DNA from: Felis catus
Lineage: Eukaryota
Direction: 5' to 3'
Length of the DNA stretch: 64,000 nucleotides
Assembly (NCBI RefSeq): GCF_018350175.1
Contig: NC_058369.1
Coordinates: 7,688,001-7,752,000 of the forward strand
A model generated the notes under the pieces. The model was not told the DNA's origin, ran no database searches, and saw only the letters and a program-made list of their open reading frames with translations. The translations under genes and the position numbers were made by a program. Below are positions 1 to 12,363 of this stretch, in pieces. Positions within the stretch are counted from its first letter, which is position 1, and every line of letters begins with the position of its first letter.

Positions 1-730
1 CCCATCAACCCTCAGTTTATTCTCCGTTTTTAAGAGTCTCTTATGGTTTGGCTCTCTCCCTCTCTTTTTTTTTTTTAAACATTTATTTATTTTTGAGACA
101 GAGAGAGACAGAGCATGAACGGGGGAGGGTCAGAGAGAGGGAGACACAGAATCTGAAACAGGCTCCAGGCTCTGAGCTGTCAGCACAGAACCCGACGAGG
201 GGCTCGAACTCACAGACCGCGAGATCATGACCTGAGCCAAAGTCGGCTGCTTAACCGACTGAGCCACCCAGGTGCCCCTCTAACTTTTTTTTTCCTTCCC
301 CTCCCCCATGGTCTTCTGTTAGGTTTCTCAGGATCCACATAAGAGTGAAAACGTATGGTATCTGTCTTTCTCTGTATGACTTATTTCATTTAGCATAACA
401 CTCTCCAGTTCCATCCATGTTGCTACAAAAGGCTATAATTCATTCTTTCTGATTGCCAAGTAGTATTCCGTTATGCATATAAACCACAATTTCTTTATCC
501 ATTCATCAGTTGATGGACATTCAGGCTCTTTCCATCATTTGGCTATTGTTGAAAGTGCTGCTATAAACATTAGGGTACAAGTGCCCCTATGCATCAGCAC
601 TCCTGTATCCCTTGGGTAAATTCCTACAGTGCTATTGCTGGGTCATAGGGTAGATCTTAAAAATTTTTAATTTTTTGAGGAACCTCCACACTGTTTTCCA
701 GAGTGGCTGTACCAGTTTGCATTCCCAAGT
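1..730 (-). mobile_element. LINE-1 3' fragment (carnivore L1), interrupted by a SINE at ~62-280
   Basis: Antisense L1 3' phrases (tccagttccatccatgttgct, ttctttatccattcatc, aggaacctccacactgttttccagagtggctg). Confidence 0.85.
62..280 (-). mobile_element. Can-SINE (SINEC_Fc-like)
   Basis: Reverse complement of the GGGGCACCTGGGTGGCTCAGTCGGTTAAG head, (CT)n tract and A-rich tail. Confidence 0.9.
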
Positions 731-2084
731 CATTCCACTTTCAAAGTAACCCAGGTTCTGGGAGAGCCAGATGAGAATAGCTACACAACTCTGTATGCAC
801 AGCCAGAGGTACACATCCCGCTACAGGAATGGAACGTTGGACTTCCCAGTCATCCCACTCACAAAACTGTGGCAACACACAGCCCCTTGATCCTCAAGTC
901 AGGCATTAAGAACAATGCTCAGCTGCCTGTGAAGCCCATCAAAGTACCCTGTTCACCAAGGCTGACAACCCCTACATCTGGGCACGAGACAGATCTGTGG
1001 GTCTAAATGCTGTTGACCTCTCCTATGAACTGGGATTGTCTATCTTGGCAGAGAAAAACCAAAAAATCTTCAGAATACCAAAAATGTCATGCCCTGAGAA
1101 GACTGGATTTAACCTGTCTGGCCCCAGAGAGGAAGGTTAAGAGCCCAGGGCAGGCACCGAGGAGCCAGAGTGGGGCAAGGAGGAAGCTGGTCAGCGCACC
1201 TCCCCTGACACCCAGGCTTTCACCGGAGAGTCCATCCCTTCCCCGGCAAAACCGATGACGCCACCACACATCTGCTTTACATTCAGGGCCAGGAGGATCA
1301 GAAAGACGTGAAGGACCAGGTAGAATACTCAGAACGGCAGCCATGTTATGAGATAAAACTTTAGGTCCCTTCCAGCCCAAGATCCCATGATTCATTTCTA
1401 GTTGCTTCCCTCATGCAGTAATCCTAGAAGGGAAATAAAAACATATCCAGGTCCCTGGGTGGCTCAGTCAGCTAAGCGTCCAGCTATTGACTTTGGTTCA
1501 GGTTGTGATCTCACGGTTCAGGAGATCGAGCCCCACGTCGGGCTCCACACTGACAGAGTGGAACCTGCTTGAGACTTTCTCTCTCCCTCTCTCTCTGTCC
1601 TTCCCCTGCTTGCACAAGCACAGTCGTAAATAAATAAGTACATTTTAAAAACGTATATCAACAACTGAAGGAATAAAGCAAATACAGTTCTGAGGGCTTC
1701 TGAAGAGCAAAGGTCTAAGAACACCATCAGGAAGGACTGGCCCAGGGGAGTGGAGAGGGCTCAGTGGGAATGGAGCAGGGAGACCTGCCCAAACAGGGAG
1801 CTGGCTCAGGGTACACCTAAGAAACCCACACAAGTCAGGCTAGTGCCAGTCTGAGGGAGGTAGGCAACACCAGGCTAAAAAACTGATTTTCTTCCATAGT
1901 TACACCACTGAAGGAACCATGGGGGGAGGAGGAACCCAAGACATCAGAGCCATGTTTTAAGAAAATTAATCTGGCAAAAATACATGATGTAGATTAGACA
2001 GGAAGAGATTACAAGATGTTAAATCACTCCCTAACACCCTGAAATTAGAAATGCCGGTCTGAAACAGGATTTAGCAGCAGGAAT

Positions 2085-2752
2085 GGAGAGCACGCTAGAG
2101 AAGTTACAAGAGGCAGAATTAACGGAGTTTTGTAACCGTCTACGTGGCAGTTGGGGTAGGGCCATCTGAGACAGTATCTGTGGTAGGCAGGATAGTGACC
2201 CCTCNNNNNNNNNNNNNNNNNNNNNNNNNNNNNNNNNNNNNNNNNNNNNNNNNNNNNNNNNNNNNNNNNNNNNNNNNNNNNNNNNNNNNNNNNNNNNNNN
2301 NNNNNNNNNNNNNNNNNNNNNNNNNNNNNNNNNNNNNNNNNNNNNNNNNNNNNTAAATCCTTAAAAGCAGAAAAAAATCCCAGCTGCATTTCGAAAGATG
2401 TGACTACAGAAGGTTCGGAGAGAGATGTGACAGGAGAACCGGCTTTAAATATGGGAGGAAGTGGGCCATGAGCCAAAGGATACATCACCTCCAGAAGCTG
2501 GGCATGGTTAGAGCCAGCAAGAGAAGAACGACCTCAGTCTTACAACCGCAAGGAACTGAATTCTGCCAACTTGAAAGAGGAAGCAACAGATTCTCCCCTA
2601 GAGCCTGCAAGAAAGGAATGCAGCCTGCGGACACTTTTGCATCCAGGGCGACCCAAACCAGATTTCAGACCTATAGAACTGTTAAAAGAGATGTATGGGT
2701 TATTTAAGCCACTGAGATAACTGGTTATGGCTGCAACTGAAAACGAATACTG
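2085..2752 (+). mobile_element. MaLR LTR (MLT1-like), spans an assembly gap
   Basis: MLT1-like motifs gccatgagccaa, ctccagaagctgg, acagattctcccctagagcct, tttaagccact. Confidence 0.7.
2205..2353. other. Assembly gap (other gaps: 10063-10195, 11911-12184, 18650-18797, 55997-56169, 56750-56914)
   Basis: Runs of N. Confidence 1.
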
Positions 2753-2953
2753 TATCAGAAATTCAGGACATTTTGGTAGGGAAAAAGTAAAAAGGCCAGG
2801 AGTTTGAGGAGTGATGGTTCAATGAATAGCAGCTCTCTAGATGGCTATTCAGCAGCTAGAGATTAAAAGTGGCTCTCCTGAGAGAGATATCAAAACTGGC
2901 GGTAGTCCTGTCCTGCTGACAGGCCCAACTGCTACACAGAAGTCCTAGGACTA

Positions 2954-3425
2954 GGGGAGCCTGGGTGGCTCAGTCGGTTAAACAGCCAACTTCGGCTCAG
3001 GTCATGATCTCAAGGTTTGTGGGTTCGAGCCCCGCGTCGGGCTCTGTGCTGACAGCTCAGAGCCTGGAACCTGCTTCAGATTCTGTGTCTCCCTCTTTCT
3101 CTGCCCCTCCCCTTTTCGCACGCTCTCTCTCCCTCTCAAAAGTAAATAAACATTAAAAAACAAATTAAGGGGTGCCTGGGTGGCGCAGTTGGTTGGGTGA
3201 CCAACTTCCGCTCAGGTCATCATCTCGTGGTTTGAGTTCGAGCCCCGCGTCGAGCTCTATGCTGACAGCTCAGAGCCTGGAGCCTGTTTCAGATTCTGTG
3301 TCTCCCCCTCTCTCTACCCCTCCTCTGCTCACGCTCTGTGTGTCTCTGTCTCCCGATAATAAATAAATGTTAAAAAATAAAATCATTTAAATAAATAAAT
3401 AAATAAGTAACAACAACAACAAAAA
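2954..3425 (+). mobile_element. Two tandem Can-SINEs inside one target-site duplication
   Basis: SINE heads at ~2954 and ~3168; AAGTCCTAGGACTAG at 2940-2954 and 3425-3439. Confidence 0.88.
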
Positions 3426-3640
3426 AGTCCTAGGACTAGAAGAGATAAGGGTCCAAGAATGAAAGAAAAATGATTAAGGGGGTTGGCGGGGGGATTGATG
3501 AAGAAAGAGCATCCCTGGTAGTAAACAGCATCACAAAAGCCAAGGATAGAAAGGATTAAAAAGCAAGATACTGAGAGATGAAAAAGGATAGATCACCACC
3601 TCAATCCTTAATAGAAGAATGCCTGATCAAGGGTAGAACT

Positions 3641-4770
3641 GGGGGTGCCTGGGTGACTCAGTGGGTTAAGAGTCCGACTCTTGATTTCGGCTCAGGTCAT
3701 GATCTCGCGGTTCAGGAGATCAAGCCCCGCATCAGGCTCCGTGCTACTGGCACGGAGCCTGCGTGGGATTCTTGCTCTTCCTCTCTGTCTGCCTCTGCCC
3801 CCCTCTCTCCAAATAAACACACTTAAAAAAAAAAAAAAAAAAAAAGAGTAGGACTGGATACCTGGCACAAAAGCTAAGGTGGCAGAAGGAACAAGTCCAG
3901 ACCACCAGACAATTCTATAAGCAGCCAAGCCAAGATGAAGGTTGGAATGATTAGCAGGAATTTACATCATCTCTGAATGGCACTCACCGCTACACGAGCA
4001 TCTGCCTCAGTATCAGATGTGCATGTTGCTGCACTAAATTATGCTCCCCTGATGGAAATGACACACACAGGTGACCTTGTGATAAGCAGCACGGGTCTTC
4101 TTGCAGGTGCTACCCCGCCACATTTACACCTATCAGCCGGGCGAGTCTTCATAACGCCCAGGGGCAGCGGGTAGCGCCACACCATTTTACAGATAGAGCA
4201 CCAAGAGGTTAAACAACTTAGTCCTACAGCTATGGTAGGAAGGATTTGAACCCCAGCAGTCTGCACCTCTAGAATACTCCTGCAGAGGAGAACTAGAAAA
4301 GAGAAGTCCCGGGGCATCTGGGTGGCTCAGTCGGTTGAGTGCCTGACTTCAGCTCAGGTCATGATCTCACAGTTCGTGGGTTTGAGCCCTGCATCAGGCT
4401 TGTGCGGACAGCTGGGAGCCTGGAGCCTGCTTCGGATTCTCCCTCCGTCTGCCCCTCTGCGCACGCGCTCTCTCAAAAATAAATAAACATGGAAAAAAAA
4501 AAAAAAAGGTAAGTCCATTCAATACCCACTTAGTGGGAGCCATGGAACTAGAGCTAAGAAGTTGAAGGGTGCCTGGGTGGCTCAGTCAGTTGAGCATTCG
4601 ACTTCGGCTCAGGTCATGCTCTCGTGGTTTGTGAGTTCGAGCCTGATATCGGGCTTGCTGCTGTCGACACAGAACTCACTTCGGATCCCTCTGTCCCCCT
4701 CTCTCTCGGTCCTTCCCCCGCTTGTGCTCTCAAAAAACATTAAAAACAAACAAATAAATAAATAACATTT
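3641..4770 (+). mobile_element. Three Can-SINE copies (~3641-3845, ~4311-4510, ~4567-4770)
   Basis: tRNA-derived heads, gctcaggtcatg core, (CT)n and A tails. Confidence 0.85.
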
Positions 4771-5730
4771 TTTAAAACCTGAAAAACAGCTTAATCTAAT
4801 CACAGAATGGCTAGCAGTTAAAAGAGCTGTCACAATTACAAAAGCTAATCAGAGTTGTGCAAAGGAGGTTGCTATAATCAATGTGTGAATCCAGGCTTCA
4901 TAAAAGGGAAAGTCTGGCATGCATGCCTTTCAGAGTCTACACAAGCTACAGATACAGTGAACAAGGCAAACGAATCACCGTCAGCTCCAGGTTTGGAAAG
5001 GCAGCATGCGGGTGCACAGACAGAATTCAACACCCTTCCTATTATGGGGAAAAGGGATGGTCTTTCTGAGGACGGTCTTAAGGATGAATGGACAGTAGCC
5101 AGCCTAGGGAAGGAGTAGCTAGAGCTCAGCCTCACACCAGCTGCTCTGCAAGGTCTCAGGCCCTGAGAACCTAAAAGGAGGTCTGTATGGCTTGTGAGAT
5201 GAACACAGGATGAGTGACGCAAGTGGACAGGGATTCTGAACTTCAGGACCAGTGCACCAGGCAGTGTGTGGGGCAAGGAAACCATCAGATCCAACTTTTT
5301 TAAGAGGATCACAGTTTCCGCTGCTAGAAAAGCCTTGAGTGGCAACAGGAAGACCAGTGAAAGAATTCTCGCTTTTCCTGTGCAAATGGTGCTTTCGACA
5401 GAGTAAGAAAAATAAGTAGAAGAACGTGGCTTGTCCTAAAAAGGTAACATTTTTAGACTTGGGGCATAGTATACTTCAAAAAAGAAGTTAAAGACTTAAA
5501 AACCCAGACATTGAAAATTCTTTCTGATACATATCTAATGGAACTGCGGGTTTAAAAAAAGCAGCTGACATGGGGCACCCGGGTGGCTCAATCAGTTAAG
5601 CATCAGGCTCTTGATTTTGGCTCCGTTCACGATCTCAGGGTTGTGAGATCGAGCCCCGCGTTCTGAGAGTGGAGCCTGCTTAAAATTCTCTCTGCCCCTC
5701 CCATGCTCACCCTCTAAAAAAAAGAAGCTG

Positions 5731-5763
<33 letters not shown>

Positions 5764-7039
5764 AGTAGAAGTGACAAATGCAGGAGGACCAGGCCTAACT
5801 TTGTTCTTAGAGTATTCTACTGGACTTAGAGACCTCCTGTGTTATAAATCATACTTCTAATTCTCATAGATAAAGAAGTCGTACCTCTATTTACAAGTCT
5901 TTTAAGGGAGTGTCGAATGCCATGTTTATGTGTGGATTTTGTACACTGAAATTCAAAATGTAAGAGAAGCTGTTGAGAGTCACATGAGACCATTTCAACG
6001 TCCACCACGTGGTCTAAGGCAGAAACACCAAACCACACCTACAGTAAGCAATTCTAGTTCAAAGTAATATGGAACCTAGGGTGAATGGTGGATTGTAAAA
6101 CTCACCTAAGAGCATTCAAATTCAGCCAAGCACTTGCACTGGCCCAAGACAACCCCCAAGCCAGTGGCCTGTTCAAAGACCCTAGTTGAAAGGAACGGTT
6201 TTGGCAAAAAGCAGACATCAGCAGGAATCCTTGCTTCCTCTTGATGAACTCCTGCAGCACCCACTCTAAAGAACTCTTGAGGATTAAATGAGAATATGTC
6301 AAGTTTTGTATACAATTGACTGGCAGAACTGAAAAAAAAAAAGTTGGCTTAGCCAATAACAATGCTAACAGGTGGGCCTTTATGTCTCGGCATATTCTCA
6401 TTTCATCCACTATCCATTTCGAGCCCATGTCAATCTAGTCCGCACCGATAGCTTGTTCATGACACTCGCCCCGGGTCAAACAAGCCAGTGGAGACGGGAG
6501 GTCTCACCATCAGAGTAAAGAAGATCGGGCCCAAACGCCTCTAGGTTGGGTCCAACATCATGAAGCCAGGGACTTCCACAATTCTGTTTACATTCTAAGT
6601 CATATCCCTGGAGACTACAGGTAAGGCTTCTTGGGCAAGACACACCCCCTCTTGTGCTTAAGAAGTGGCCTGGACCTTAAATACCTGGTAGGGAGTCCCA
6701 AACACCGCCCCCACATACACACACACATACACACCTCCAACTCCAAAAGCCCCCATCCGACTGGCCAGGCTCGACCATAGGAAACCGGCACAGGGAAATC
6801 GGGCAAAGGCTCAACCAGCCTCACAAATCCGGCTGAAGTGTTCAGGCCTGGGCGAGGTTCCCGGGACTCGTGTTCCAAGGGGTGCAAGTTTTCAGGAGTG
6901 AAATTGGAGCCCTTTCACAAAGGGGAGCCCAGTGTTCTGACCCCCCCCAAACCCCCGTGCACAGAAGCCTAGCAAGGCTTCCTTGATGCCCGCTCCCAGG
7001 CACAGATTTACTGGGAAAGGCTCTTACAGCCTTCACGCT

Positions 7040-8060
7040 GCCCGAGCCCCGCTTCTGCGCTGCGCGGTGGGGGTTCCTTCCAGAACGTGACTTCCCCGGC
7101 AGGCCGAGATGGAGGAAGCCCCCCAAGAAAGACGGGGCTCGCAAACCTGAGCCGGCCGCGCCCGGGCCCCGAGCGGCGACGTCTGTCTCTGGAGGCCGCC
7201 ATCGGGATGCGCTGCGCCGGGTGCCAAGGGGGGCCCCCCGAAACGCCCCCCGGGGACCGGACCAGCTCGACCCCCCAAGCGGGCCGGGCACCGGAAGTGG
7301 AGGCCGAAGTGCCCGGGCCGAGGGGTGTCCTGAGGCCGCGGGCTGCCCACTTCCTGCGCGAGCCGGCCGGCGGCAGGAGCCAGGCCCGTGGCTCCTCTGG
7401 GCTGGCGATCCCCGAGGAGAACCCAAAGCTCGCTCTACTTTGAAATCAGGAAGGACCCCCAAGTTACTAGTCACCAGGGAACTGTGAAGGGCCTCGGCCC
7501 ATTTTGGCGCCAAACGGCCAGGGGTGCGCGCGACCGGAAGTGCCACCCTGCCCGCGCCAACCGCCGCCGAGCCGTCCCGCGCATGCGCGCCCGTCTGTCA
7601 GCGGCGGCCAAGGGCTACCTACAGGGGAAGCAACCCCCCCCCACCCCCAACGCCGTGCCACTTCCCCCTCACCCCCGATCCGAGTTCACGGACCCCCCCA
7701 CAGCACCTACCGCCTACGGACATCATCGGGCAGCGAGATGGCCCGGGAAGCCAGCGTGGGCACCCGGGCCGGAGCGGTGCGGGCAGGCATCTTGGAAACT
7801 GCAGCAGAGACCGCGGCGGCAGAGGCAGCCCTGGCTTTTCGCGCGGAAACCAACGGGGAGGGGCGGCGAGCAGAGGCGGGGCGTACCATCTCGGCCCGGG
7901 CGTGGGGGAAGGCGGGACATACCATAGGGATAGAGGCCATACCATGTGCCGGCAGATGGAGCGGAGCGGGTCGTGCACAGGGGCCGCGCATGCGCGAGAC
8001 CGGCGCACACCCCCATATGGAGCAGTGGGCTCGTCCAAACTCCGCTGTTTGCTGGGAGCC
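7040..8060. promoter_or_regulatory. DNMT1: DNMT1 CpG-island promoter
   Basis: GC/CpG-rich region around DNMT1 exon 1; E2F site TTTTCGCGCGGAAA 7836-7849; NRF1 palindromes GCGCATGCGC at 7579-7588 and 7986-7995; GC boxes. Confidence 0.9.
7711..7790 (-). CDS. DNMT1: DNA (cytosine-5)-methyltransferase 1, somatic exon 1 coding part; gene continues beyond the left edge
   Basis: Translates MPARTAPARVPTLASRAISLPDDVRR(R), the DNMT1 N-terminus; 80 nt ending in phase 2 at donor CG|GTAGGT; synteny with S1PR2/MRPL4/ICAM1. Confidence 0.97.
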
Positions 8061-8777
8061 TTGCTTGAGAGGTTCATTCATTCATTCTTCCTAGCATGCT
8101 GGGGATAAAACGGGGAGCGTCGGGGTTCCAGCATGTGGGCTCTTGGGATTGTAACTGAGGACTTGAACTCAATTCCATCTATATGCTCACTATAACGACC
8201 TTGGACAAGTCTCCATTTCCTCATCCTTAAAAAGGTGCTAATCGCAGAAAATCTTGAGAATGCACAAACTATGTAGGATCTCCCCGCGTGGGGCGGCTCA
8301 GGCCACTTCCACAGCCTGTGTGTTTAAAAAAAGCACCAGAACTTGAGATAGTCTCTTCAACAAATGGTGTTGGGAAAATTGGGTATCAATATGCAAACAA
8401 AGTTGGATCCTTACCTTACACCATTTAAAAATTAACTCAAAATGGATTAAAGATCTAAATGCAGATTTAAAACCATAGAACTCTTAGAAGCAGGGGGGAG
8501 GGGAGGAACAAAAGGGGAGGGAGGACAGCTTCACAACATTGGATTTAGCAATGATTTATTAGGTCACCAAAGCACAGGCAACAAAAGCTAAAATAGATGG
8601 GACTGCATCAGATTTCATTTATGCACAATAAGGGAGTCAACAAAGTGAACAGGCAACCTACAGAATGGGAAAAAAATATTTGCAGACCATGTATCTGATC
8701 AGGTGTTAATATCCGGAATAAAGAGCTACAACTCAACAACTAAAAAAGACAAACTGATTTTCGAAATGGGCAAAAGA

Positions 8778-9545
8778 GGGGCACCTGCGTGGCTCTGTTG
8801 AGCGTCCAACTCTGGATTTCAGCTCAGGTCATGATCCCAGGGTCTTGGGTTCTGTGCCAAGTGTGGAATCTGCCTTAGACCCTTCCTTCCTCTCTCCCTC
8901 CCTCCCTCCCTCTCTCTCTCCCCATCCCTCTCTACCTCTCTCTCTAATAAAAAACATTAGGCATCCAACTTCAGCTGAGGTCTTGATCTTACAGTCCTTG
9001 GGTTAGAGCCCAGCATTGCACTCTGCACTGACACCTCGGAGACTGCTTTGAATCCTCTGTCTCCCTCTCTCTCTGCCCCTCTCCCATGCTCTCTCTCAAA
9101 TATTTAAAAAAAAAAAATTAAATTAAAAAAATTTTTTAATGGGCAAGGGAGGGGCACCTGGCTTAGTTAAGCATCCGACTTCAGCTCAGGTCATGATCTC
9201 ACTCAGCTCAGGTCATGTGAGTTCGAACCCTGTATCAGACTGTGCCCACAGCTCAGAGCCTAGAGCCTGCTTCGGATTCTGTGTCTCCCCCTCTCTCTGC
9301 CCCTTCACCGCTCACGCTCTCTCTCTCTCTCTCAAAAATAAAATAAAAACATTAAGAAAAAAAATTTTTAACGGACAAGGGGTGCCTGGGTGGCTCAGTT
9401 TGTTGAGCGTCCAACTCTTAATTTCAGCTCAGCTCATGATCTCAGGGTTCACAGAATGGAGTCCTGCGTCAGGGTCTGTCCCGACAGCATGGAGCCTGCT
9501 TGGGATTCTCTCTCTGCCTCTCTCTCAAAATAGACATTTTTTTAA
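8778..9545 (+). mobile_element. Stack of four Can-SINEs within the L1
   Basis: SINE bodies starting at ~8778, ~8960, ~9151 and ~9379. Confidence 0.85.
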
Positions 9546-9699
9546 TGGGCAAAAGATTTGAATAAACCATTACCTAAAAATACACAAATGGCCAACAGAC
9601 TTTGTGAAAAGACACCCAACTTCACTAATCCAGGAAATGTAAATCAAAACCACACTGAGAAGTCACCTCATTCCCATTAGAATGACCACTATAAAAATA

Positions 9700-9704
<5 letters not shown>

Positions 9705-9778
<74 letters not shown>
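9705..9778. repeat. (TA)n(CA)n compound microsatellite
   Basis: Direct reading. Confidence 0.95.
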
Positions 9779-9779
<1 letters not shown>

Positions 9780-10794
9780 CAGCAACAACAAAAACAAATA
9801 AATGCTGGCAAGAATGTAGAAATTAGGACCCATGTGTGCTATTGGTGGGGATGTAAAAATACTACAGCCACCAAGGAAAAGAATGGAGGTTCCACAAAAG
9901 ATTAAAAATAGAATTATGAGGAAGTGCCTGGGTGGTTCAATCAGTTAAGCGTCCGACTCTTGATTTCGGCTTAGGTCGTGATCTCCCAGTTCATGAGTTT
10001 GAGCCCCACGTTGGACTCTGGGCTGCAGGGGCAGAACCTGTTTCAGATTCTCTATCTCCCTCNNNNNNNNNNNNNNNNNNNNNNNNNNNNNNNNNNNNNN
10101 NNNNNNNNNNNNNNNNNNNNNNNNNNNNNNNNNNNNNNNNNNNNNNNNNNNNNNNNNNNNNNNNNNNNNNNNNNNNNNNNNNNNNNNNNNNNNNNGCACG
10201 ATCTTGAAGAGATATTTGCCCACTCACCTTCACTGCAGCCTTATTCAGTGGAGGCAAAAGGTGGAAGTAACCCAAATGCCCCAGAAAGATGTAGGGGTGA
10301 AGAAAATTTGGTATCTACATACAATGGATTATTCAGCCTTTAAAAAAAGGAAACCCTGCCCTTTGTGACAACCTGCACAAACCTTGAGATCATCAGGACA
10401 AGTGAAGGAAGCCAGTCATGAAAAGACCAATGTTGCATGATTCCACTTATTTGAAGTATCTGAAGTCGTCAAACGCTCAGAAAGAAAAAGAACAAGGGGT
10501 GCCTGGCTGACTCAGTAGAGTGGAGGACTCTTGATCTTGGGGTTGTGGGTTCGAGCCCCACACTGGGTGGGGAGATTACTTAAAAAATATATATAAAGTA
10601 AAAAAAAAAAAAAGACATCAAAACTAAACAAAGAAAAAAACAGTGGTGTTACCAAGGACTGGTGAGGAGGAAAAGGGAAGTAGTTCAGTGGGAACAGAAT
10701 CTCTTTTAAACAAGATGAGAAAGTTCCAGAGATCTGCAGCACAACTGTGTGCATGTAGTTAACACTATCATACACTTAAAAAATATTTAGGAAG

Positions 10795-12363
10795 GGGGCA
10801 CCTGGGTGGCTTAGGTGGCTGAGCATCCAACTTCAGCTCAGGTCATGATCTCATGGTTTGGGGGTCCGAGCCCTGCAACCAGCTCTGTGCTGACAGCTCA
10901 GAGCCCAGAGCCTGCTTTGGATTCTTTGTCTCTCTCTCTCTCTCTCTCTCTCAATCTCTCTCTGCCCCTCCCCCACTCATGCTCTGTCTCTCTCTCTCTC
11001 TCTCAAAAATAAATAAACGTTAAAAAAAGTACTTAAGGGTCGCCTGGGTGGCTCAGTCGGTTGGGCGTCCGACTTCAGCTCAGGTCACGGTCTCACAGTC
11101 TGTGAGTTCAAGCCCCGCGTCGTGCTCTGAGCTGACAGCTCAGAGCCTGGAGCCTGCTTCAGAGTCTGTGTCTCCCTCCCTCTGTCTCTGCCCCTACCCT
11201 GCTCATGCTCTGTCCCTGTCTCAAAAATAAATAAAAAACATTAAAAAAAAAAACTTAAGATGGTCAATGCTATGTGTTTCTTGCCACAATAAAAATAAAC
11301 CATTAATAATATAGGGCTGAGTTAAAAAAAAAAATGTATCTGCCACAGCAAAGGAAAAAACACCAGAACAGAGTGACAAACTATGGTACAAATAATGGTA
11401 CATTTTTACTTTTTTATGTTACAGAATTTACAAGTGAATTTATTTGTAAACATACACATAAACTAGGTTTACTAGTTACATGTAAACTAGATTCCCCCAA
11501 CAGCCGGTCGGAAGGGGTCAGCCTGGCCAGACGTGGACCTCAGACTCTGGTTGCTATGGGTTACCCACACATGGCAGGATTCAGGAAGACTGAAATATTA
11601 ATAAGACTAAAATTCATAGCTATCAGTTTAATAGTTAATCAACACTTATACACTATACTATGCTCTTTAGAGAAATTTTTTTTTTCTTTTAAAGTTTATT
11701 TATTATTATTTTGAGAGAGAGAGAGAGAGAAAACGAGCAGGGGAGGGGCAGAGAGAGAGGGGGACAGAGGATTCGAAGTGGGCTTTGCTCGGACAGAAGG
11801 GAGCCTGCCCGATGCAGCCATGAGATCATGATCTGAGCCAACGTCGGACTCTTAACGGACTGAGCCACCAAGGTGCCCCTAGAGAATTATTTTAATTCTT
11901 AACCGTAAAGNNNNNNNNNNNNNNNNNNNNNNNNNNNNNNNNNNNNNNNNNNNNNNNNNNNNNNNNNNNNNNNNNNNNNNNNNNNNNNNNNNNNNNNNNN
12001 NNNNNNNNNNNNNNNNNNNNNNNNNNNNNNNNNNNNNNNNNNNNNNNNNNNNNNNNNNNNNNNNNNNNNNNNNNNNNNNNNNNNNNNNNNNNNNNNNNNN
12101 NNNNNNNNNNNNNNNNNNNNNNNNNNNNNNNNNNNNNNNNNNNNNNNNNNNNNNNNNNNNNNNNNNNNNNNNNNNNNNNNNNNNAGAGAGAGAGACTGTG
12201 AGGGCAGGGAAGGGGTAGAGAGAGAGAGGGAGACAGAAGATCCCAAGCAGGCTCTCTGCTCTCAGCACAGAGAGAGCCCAATGTGGGGCTAAACTCATGA
12301 ACTGTGAGATCATGACCTGAGCCAAATTCAGACGCTCAACCGGCTGAGCCACCCAGGTGCCCC
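10795..12363. mobile_element. Can-SINE cluster (+ ~10795-11030 and ~11037-11255; - ~11675-11880 and ~12185-12363)
   Basis: SINE heads and tails in both orientations. Confidence 0.85.

Larger units (their letters stand above)
8335..10790 (+). mobile_element. Ancient L1 (L1M-type) ORF2 end/3'UTR, broken up by many SINEs
   Basis: tcttcaacaaatggtgttgggaaaa, aaaattaactcaaaatggattaaaga, caacctacagaatgggaaaaaa, gaaatgtaaatcaaaaccaca. Confidence 0.85.

Noticed and set aside
2965-3366. Recurrent 'MAQSVK..TSAQVMIS' peptide ORFs throughout the window, resembling a gene family
   Set aside because: They are translations of Can-SINE consensus sequence
5880-6040. Second possible minus-strand exon next to the candidate poison exon
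   Set aside because: The intervening intron would be only ~65 nt and the acceptor has a weak pyrimidine tract
1-7710. DNMT1 exon 2 (LKDLERD...)
   Set aside because: Not found by eye; it probably lies left of the window
6842-8108. Many overlapping 100-230 aa ORFs in the DNMT1 CpG island
   Set aside because: Stop-poor GC-rich DNA giving Pro/Gly/Arg-rich translations; only the 80-nt DNMT1 exon matches a known protein
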